Assembly: GCF_013167455.1 (NCBI RefSeq)
Contig: NZ_CP038328.1
Reading direction: 5' to 3' (one strand)
Source of the DNA: Escherichia coli O157:H7
GTDB taxonomy: Bacteria > Pseudomonadota > Gammaproteobacteria > Enterobacterales > Enterobacteriaceae
DNA: 64,000 nucleotides
Positions within the stretch are counted from its first letter, which is position 1. Every line of letters begins with the position of its first letter. The notes under the pieces were generated by a model. The model was not told the DNA's origin, searched no databases, and saw only the letters and a program-made list of their open reading frames with translations. Both the position numbers and the translations under genes were made by a program. Positions 57,757 to 64,000 of this stretch are shown in pieces.

Positions 57757-58983
57757 TTATCTCACCAGCTTTTCGGCACGCTGGTGTTTGGCCTGATACA
57801 TATTGTGATCGGCCAGCTCTTGTAATTTTTCCGCAGAAGCGTGCGCAATGGTCATTGCGTAACCAATGCTTAATGTCATGGTGGTCTGATGGCCATTATG
57901 AAGATCAAACGGGAGATTAAAGATTTGTGTCAGTGCTGAGCATATCTGCTGCACTTCAGATTCCGACTGTACACCATAGAGCACCATAGCGAATTCATCG
58001 CCGCCCAGGCGGTATGCTTTATGTCGCAGCCCGCCAAATTCAGCTAACCGTTTTGCGATTTCAATCAAGACTCTATCGCCCGTCGCATGACCCCAGGTAT
58101 CATTGATATATTTGAAATTATCGCCATCAAGAAATAGTAACGCCGACGTTTTTCGGGCAGCGGAATTGTTCATCAACGTATTGATGCCGCTACGAAACGC
58201 TGCGCGGTTAGCCAGCCCGGTTAATGGGTCATGTAGCGCGGTACGTAGAAGCTGCGCATTTTTGGCCTGTAAACGAAGCTGCCACTCTTCCATTTCATCC
58301 AGCAGACTGTTGAAGTCGAGAGCGAAGCGGTGAAACTCAGCGATACGTTCTTCCGAAACTCGTCGGGAAAAATTGCGGTTGGAACGCACATCATGTACGA
58401 CATCGGTGATATTTTTCAGTGCTTCCACCAGGCCATTGTGCAAATGGCGGGTGAGGGTAATTGCGATTCCTGATGCCAGCAGAATACAACCGGTCAGTAC
58501 GGCGAGCGAAAACCAGATAAAATGGCTGATTGAACTGTCGCGAGCGGTTAAGCGTACTTCGCCAATGGTTTCACCATTGTGACGAATCGGCTGAATGATG
58601 GGGGCAGGGAAGAGCCAGTGGCTTATGAAATTGCTGAAAGTATCGCCTGGATCCTTACGGGTGTAATGCCAGGATGCCAGAATATTTTGCTGCTTATCAC
58701 GTACTTCTGCAGTTGAAAATTGCCCTTGCTGGCCCAGCGCTGCCAGTGTTTCAGTTGCTGCAGGGCCATCGGCAAAAACGACAGCTGCTTCCAGACTGTA
58801 AGTCATTGTTGCTGCTGTCAGTGCCAGGTTTTTTTGCGCGTACTGTTTCAGGGGCAGCACCGAGGTCACGGAAAGCAGCAACCAGATCAGCATCATAGTG
58901 ATAAATATGCTGGTCATACTGATGTTGCGTAATGCTCTTTTAAACGTGGGGCGCTTATTAAGAGAATTATCGTTATCCATCAT
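57757..58983 (-). CDS. dgcN: Diguanylate cyclase DgcN (YfiN), membrane GGDEF protein
   Basis: 408 aa with two TM segments, HAMP and GGDEF domain (RLGGDEF). Confidence 0.9.
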
Positions 58984-59491
58984 TTTTCTTCCGTGCGAGC
59001 ATTAAGACATCCGGGTTGACCTTTACACCGCTACGCGATAAGGCATCCAGGTTTACGGCAAATCTGACGTCATTATTGTGGATGATCAGACAAAAGGCGC
59101 TACCAATAATGCACTCGGTATTTTGTTCGGCAATTAATAATAACGCCTTTGACGGATATTGTTCGGTTAATTCCATCTGGAATGTCGGTGACTCGTTGCC
59201 AAAATAAAAACCATTGCAGCCTGAAATCATCGCCTCTTGTTGAGTGTGAATGATGACAGGCAGATAAGGCAAAGATGTTGCGGCATTCTCTTGTAGGGCG
59301 GTACTAAAACGTGAAGATGAAAAGATACATAACTTTGGTGGCCCTGATAGCGCAGGCCAGCGGGTGTAACTGACAATACCGGAAACCATCATACGCACGT
59401 TTTTCGCAACGTCAGAAGGCTCCTGAGCGAGTATTGGTGCTCCCGTCAGCAGGAGAATCAGCAGTAAGAACAGTCGGTGAGAAAAACGCAT
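58973..59491 (-). CDS. yfiR: Periplasmic DgcN repressor YfiR
   Basis: 172 aa with signal peptide; overlaps the dgcN start (operon yfiR-yfiN-yfiB). Confidence 0.9.
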
Positions 59492-59640
59492 TCAGGGATC
59501 CCCACCATCTTCGCTCGAAATGCATCGATATTTTTTCAGAATGCTCATTAAAATATCATTATTTCATGCGGTCGTCATCATTGTGAGAAATAAAACATAA
59601 TGAGTAAAATCTTATGTTTAATTTATTTGTGGGGTTTTAA

Positions 59641-60006
59641 TTAATTTAATCGTATTGCGCTGGCATTTTCATCAGCCCCTTTTTGCCATACTTCATGCAG
59701 TTGGCTGGCATTTTCAACATTGTTGCAGCTGGCAGGAAAGCTTTTACCGGAAAGTCCTCGGGCATAAGTAAAATCGGTCTGGCAAGTTTTCTTTTGTCCT
59801 TCGGCATATCCTTTAAGGTATAGACCGCGATCCGCCTGTGAATCGCTAAATGCATCGTCATCTTTTATGGCGCTGCCCGATATCGCATCTTCCATACCAA
59901 CATCATACCAGTCGGTGCTGGTCAAGGTTGGCGCGTGAGTATAAGGATCAATCTGGCATCCGCTAACCAGTAAAGCCAACAAGGGGGCGATAAACTTTTT
60001 CATCAT
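59641..60006 (-). CDS. yfiL: Lipoprotein YfiL
   Basis: MMKKFIAPLLALLVSGCQ lipobox start; about 121 aa. Confidence 0.75.
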   Translation of the reverse strand: MMKKFIAPLLALLVSGCQIDPYTHAPTLTSTDWYDVGMEDAISGSAIKDDDAFSDSQADRGLYLKGYAEGQKKTCQTDFTYARGLSGKSFPASCNNVENASQLHEVWQKGADENASAIRLN

Positions 60007-60051
60007 TTCTTTCTCCTTTTTCAAAGCATAGCGGATTGTTTTCAAAGGTGG

Positions 60052-60144
60052 TGTAAATTTATCTATACAGAATCAAGGGTTGAAAGCGCGAATAAATTGC
60101 TTATGTAAAGAAAAATGTACGAAATATGGATTGAAAACTTTACT
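60052..60144 (+). promoter_or_regulatory. aroF promoter region with three TyrR boxes
   Basis: TGTAAA-N6-TATACA at 60052-60069, TGTAAA-N6-TGTACG at 60104-60121, TGGATT-N6-TTTACT at 60127-60144 match the TyrR-box consensus TGTAAA-N6-TTTACA. Confidence 0.6.
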
Positions 60145-60215
60145 TTATGTGTTATCGTTACGTCATCCTCGCTGAGGATCAACTATCGCAAACGAGCATA
60201 AACAGGATCGCCATC

Positions 60216-61286
60216 ATGCAAAAAGACGCGCTGAATAACGTACATATTACCGACGAACAGGTTTTAATGACTCCGGCACAACTGAAGGCCGCTTTTCCAT
60301 TAAGCCTGCAACAAGAAGCCCAGATTGCTGACTCGCGTAAAACCATTTCAGATATTATCGCCGGGCGCGATCCTCGTCTGCTGGTAGTATGTGGCCCTTG
60401 TTCCATTCATGATCCGGAAACTGCTCTGGAATATGCTCGTCGATTTAAAGCCCTTGCCGCAGAGGTCAGCGATAGCCTCTATCTGGTAATGCGCGTCTAT
60501 TTTGAAAAACCCCGTACCACTGTCGGCTGGAAAGGGTTAATTAACGATCCCCATATGGATGGCTCTTTTGATGTAGAAGCCGGGCTGCAGATCGCGCGTA
60601 AATTGCTGCTTGAGCTGGTGAATATGGGACTGCCACTGGCGACGGAAGCGTTAGATCCGAATAGCCCGCAATACCTGGGCGATCTGTTTAGCTGGTCAGC
60701 AATTGGTGCTCGTACAACGGAATCGCAAACTCACCGTGAAATGGCCTCCGGGCTTTCCATGCCGGTTGGCTTTAAAAACGGCACCGACGGCAGTCTGGCA
60801 ACAGCAATTAACGCTATGCGCGCCGCCGCCCAGCCGCACCGTTTTGTTGGCATTAACCAGGCAGGGCAGGTTGCGTTGCTACAAACTCAGGGGAATCCGG
60901 ACGGGCATGTCATCCTGCGCGGTGGTAAAGCGCCGAACTATAGCCCTGCGGATGTTGCGCAATGTGAAAAAGAGATGGAACAGGCGGGACTGCGCCCGTC
61001 TCTGATGGTAGATTGCAGCCACGGTAATTCCAATAAAGATTATCGCCGTCAGCCTGCGGTGGCAGAATCCGTGGTTGCTCAAATCAAAGATGGCAATCGC
61101 TCAATTATTGGTCTGATGATCGAAAGTAATATCCACGAGGGCAATCAGTCTTCCGAGCAACCGCGCAGTGAAATGAAATACGGTGTATCCGTAACCGATG
61201 CCTGCATTAGCTGGGAAATGACCGATGCCTTGCTGCGTGAAATTCATCAGGATCTGAACGGGCAGCTGACGGCTCGCGTGGCTTAA
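60216..61286 (+). CDS. aroF: Tyr-sensitive DAHP synthase AroF
   Basis: 356 aa from the [25 protein letters not shown] start. Confidence 0.95.
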   Translation: MQKDALNNVHITDEQVLMTPAQLKAAFPLSLQQEAQIADSRKTISDIIAGRDPRLLVVCGPCSIHDPETALEYARRFKALAAEVSDSLYLVMRVYFEKPRTTVGWKGLINDPHMDGSFDVEAGLQIARKLLLELVNMGLPLATEALDPNSPQYLGDLFSWSAIGARTTESQTHREMASGLSMPVGFKNGTDGSLATAINAMRAAAQPHRFVGINQAGQVALLQTQGNPDGHVILRGGKAPNYSPADVAQCEKEMEQAGLRPSLMVDCSHGNSNKDYRRQPAVAESVVAQIKDGNRSIIGLMIESNIHEGNQSSEQPRSEMKYGVSVTDACISWEMTDALLREIHQDLNGQLTARVA

Positions 61287-61296
61287 GAGGTTTATT

Positions 61297-62418
61297 ATGG
61301 TTGCTGAATTGACCGCATTACGCGATCAAATTGATGAAGTCGATAAAGCGCTGCTGAATTTATTAGCGAAGCGTCTGGAACTGGTTGCTGAAGTGGGCGA
61401 GGTGAAAAGCCGCTTTGGACTGCCTATTTATGTTCCGGAGCGAGAGGCATCTATGTTGGCCTCGCGTCGTGCAGAGGCGGAAGCTCTGGGTGTACCGCCA
61501 GATCTGATTGAGGATGTTTTGCGTCGGGTGATGCGTGAATCTTACTCCAGTGAAAACGACAAAGGATTTAAAACGCTTTGTCCTGCGTTACGCCCGGTAG
61601 TTATCGTTGGCGGCGGCGGTCAGATGGGACGTCTGTTCGAGAAGATGCTGACACTCTCGGGTTATCAGGTGCGGATTCTGGAGCAACATGACTGGGATCG
61701 AGCGGCTGATATTGTTGCCGATGCCGGAATGGTGATTGTTAGTGTGCCAATCCACGTTACTGAGCAAGTTATTGGCAAATTACCGCCTTTACCGAAAGAT
61801 TGTATTCTGGTTGATCTGGCATCAGTGAAAAATGGACCATTACAGGCCATGCTGGCGGCGCACGATGGCCCGGTACTGGGGTTACACCCAATGTTCGGTC
61901 CGGACAGCGGTAGCCTGGCAAAGCAAGTTGTGGTCTGGTGTGATGGACGTAAACCGGAAGCATACCAATGGTTTCTGGAGCAAATTCAGGTCTGGGGCGC
62001 TCGGTTGCATCGTATTAGCGCCGTCGAGCACGATCAGAATATGGCGTTTATTCAGGCACTGCGCCACTTTGCTACTTTTGCTTACGGGCTGCACCTGGCA
62101 GAAGAAAATGTTCAGCTTGAGCAACTTCTGGCGCTCTCTTCGCCGATTTACCGCCTTGAGCTGGCGATGGTCGGGCGACTGTTCGCTCAGGATCCGCAGC
62201 TTTATGCCGACATTATTATGTCGTCAGAGCGTAATCTGGCGTTAATCAAACGTTACTATAAGCGTTTCGGCGAGGCGATTGAGTTGCTGGAGCAGGGCGA
62301 TAAGCAGGCGTTTATTGACAGTTTCCGCAAGGTGGAGCACTGGTTCGGCGATTACGCACAGCGTTTTCAGAGTGAAAGCCGCGTGTTATTGCGTCAGGCG
62401 AATGACAATCGCCAGTAA
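61297..62418 (+). CDS. tyrA: Chorismate mutase / prephenate dehydrogenase TyrA
   Basis: 373 aa [33 protein letters not shown]... Confidence 0.95.
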   Translation: MVAELTALRDQIDEVDKALLNLLAKRLELVAEVGEVKSRFGLPIYVPEREASMLASRRAEAEALGVPPDLIEDVLRRVMRESYSSENDKGFKTLCPALRPVVIVGGGGQMGRLFEKMLTLSGYQVRILEQHDWDRAADIVADAGMVIVSVPIHVTEQVIGKLPPLPKDCILVDLASVKNGPLQAMLAAHDGPVLGLHPMFGPDSGSLAKQVVVWCDGRKPEAYQWFLEQIQVWGARLHRISAVEHDQNMAFIQALRHFATFAYGLHLAEENVQLEQLLALSSPIYRLELAMVGRLFAQDPQLYADIIMSSERNLALIKRYYKRFGEAIELLEQGDKQAFIDSFRKVEHWFGDYAQRFQSESRVLLRQANDNRQ

Positions 62419-62460
62419 TAATCCAGTGCCGGATGATTCACATCATCCGGCACCTTTTCA

Positions 62461-63621
62461 TCAGGTTGGATCAACAGGCACTACGTTCTCACTAGGGTAA
62501 CAGCCCAATACCTTCATTGAACGGGTGATTTCCCCTAACTCTTTCAATGCTTTTTGCATTTCCGCTGATTCAAGATTGGCCTGAATATCCAGATAAAACA
62601 TCTCTTCCCATGGATTACCGTGAATCGGGCGTGATTCCAGACGGGTCATAATCAGATTGTGGTTGCGCAGTACCAGCAACGCTTCAACCAGCGCACCGGC
62701 TTGTTGCCCGGTCGCCATTAACAACGTCGTTTTCGCCGGAACCTGATCAGACACGTTAATGGCTTTACGCGCCAACACCACAAATCGGGTGAAGTTTTGT
62801 CGCTGATTCGCTTCAATCCGCTCCAGTACCTGCAAACCGTACAAAGTGCCGCCAGCTTCGCTTCCTAACGCAGCAACATGCGGTGATTTTGCCTGTGCAA
62901 CCTTTTCCATTGCCGCAGACGTACTTTCGGTATATTCAATCTTCCAGTGCGGATAACGATTAAGGAATTTGCTGCATTGCTGGAATGGCTGCGGATGGCT
63001 GTAGACCGTATTGATGGTGGATAAATCAGTCGTGCCGGAGACTAACAAACAATGGTCGATAGTTAACGTCATCTCGCCAACAATCGACAAGCTGGTATGT
63101 TGCAGCAGATCGTAAACGTCATTTATGGCACCGGAGCTGGTATTTTCAATCGGTACGACGGCATAGTCGGCCTGGCCGGTTTCCACCTGATTAAAAATAT
63201 CGGCAAATTTGGCGCAGCCACTTTCAATGAATTGCTCAAAGTGACGGGCAGCATACTGGCGCGCCGCAAGATGGGAATAAGAACCTTTGGGGCCGAGAAA
63301 AGCGATGCGTGCTGAGTGCGGATTAATTTTATTGAGATGTTGTTGGAGCAAAGCCTGCTGAGTTAATACGGAATCTTCAATGATGAGCTGGAACAGGCGA
63401 GTAATGTAATGGGCGTCCAGATGGTGCGCTTTACCGAGCGTAATTAATCTTTCCAGTAAATCGCGTTCACGATCAATATCACGTACCGGGCGATGCGAGA
63501 GCAGTTTGGCTTTTCCCACCTCGACGGCCAGTTCGCGCCGCTCTGCCAGTAATGCTAATAATTTTTCATCCAGCGCGCTGATTTTCTCTCGCAGCGCCAG
63601 TAACGGGTTTTCCGATGTCAT
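62461..63621 (-). CDS. pheA: Chorismate mutase / prephenate dehydratase PheA
   Basis: 386 aa [35 protein letters not shown]... Confidence 0.95.
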
Positions 63622-63640
63622 AGTGTTGCCTTTTTGTTAT

Positions 63641-63676
63641 CAATAAAAAAGGCCCCCCGATTTGGGAGGCCTTATT
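63641..63676 (-). terminator. pheA attenuator terminator
   Basis: ggcctccc...gggggcc hairpin followed by ttttttatt on the minus strand, between pheL and pheA. Confidence 0.7.
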
Positions 63677-63719
63677 GTTCTTCTTCGCATTCTGTTTCAC
63701 ACGACGAAACGCCTCCCAT

Positions 63720-63767
63720 TCAGGGGAAGGTAAAAAAGAATGCGAAGAAAAACGGTGTGTGTTTCAT
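63720..63767 (-). CDS. pheL: pheA leader peptide PheL
   Basis: Minus-strand ATG AAA CAC ACA CCG TTT TTC TTC GCA TTC TTT TTT ACC TTC CCC TGA = MKHTPFFFAFFFTFP (7 Phe in 15 codons). Confidence 0.85.
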   Translation of the reverse strand: MKHTPFFFAFFFTFP

Positions 63768-63873
63768 GTTTGTTTCCTTAAGTGACTTTAGTACAGTACC
63801 CGTACTGTTTTCACGCTGTCAACAAAAAACGCGCCCGAAGGCGCGTTGGCGATACACTCAATATAAAGGACTA

Positions 63874-64000
<127 letters not shown>

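Overview
This window reads as an Escherichia coli-type chromosome segment, inverted relative to K-12 map order. Gene identities come from my recollection of K-12 and EHEC proteins applied to the supplied ORF translations; no database search was run. Nt 1-15,420 is conserved backbone: ygaM, ygaC, alaE, stpA, ygaP, ygaV, yqaE, ygaU, csiR, gabP, gabT, gabD, lhgO, csiD, a frameshifted ygaQ and tRNA-Ile(CAU) ileY. Nt 15,420-22,300 holds an AT-rich pentapeptide-repeat-like ORF, a pinH invertase remnant and the ypjA autotransporter, which loses homology before its beta-barrel. Nt 22.3-45.5 kb is a mosaic accessory island at the ssrA locus, where K-12 carries CP4-57. In order it contains: an AlpA gene plus three tandem tyrosine-recombinase genes and a small ORF, with AT-rich cargo including a PE-repeat protein; a truncated IS30; a lambdoid late-region remnant (HNH-AP2, NinG, phosphatase, Q, a membrane-protein gene at the position stx occupies in Stx phages, NanS-p esterase, holin, truncated endolysin); an IS66-family element interrupted by an IS629-like IS; a type III effector module (two NleG, a 352-aa ORF, a WxxxE EspM-like protein); and a DinI-like gene. 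From ssrA onward the backbone resumes: smpB, ratAB, bamE, recN, nadK, grpE, yfjD, ypjD, ffh, rpsP-rimM-trmD-rplS, yfiBNR, yfiL, aroF-tyrA, pheA-pheL and the raiA 3' end. The recombinase trio and the stx-position cargo are the most interesting candidates. Novelty cannot be established from sequence alone.
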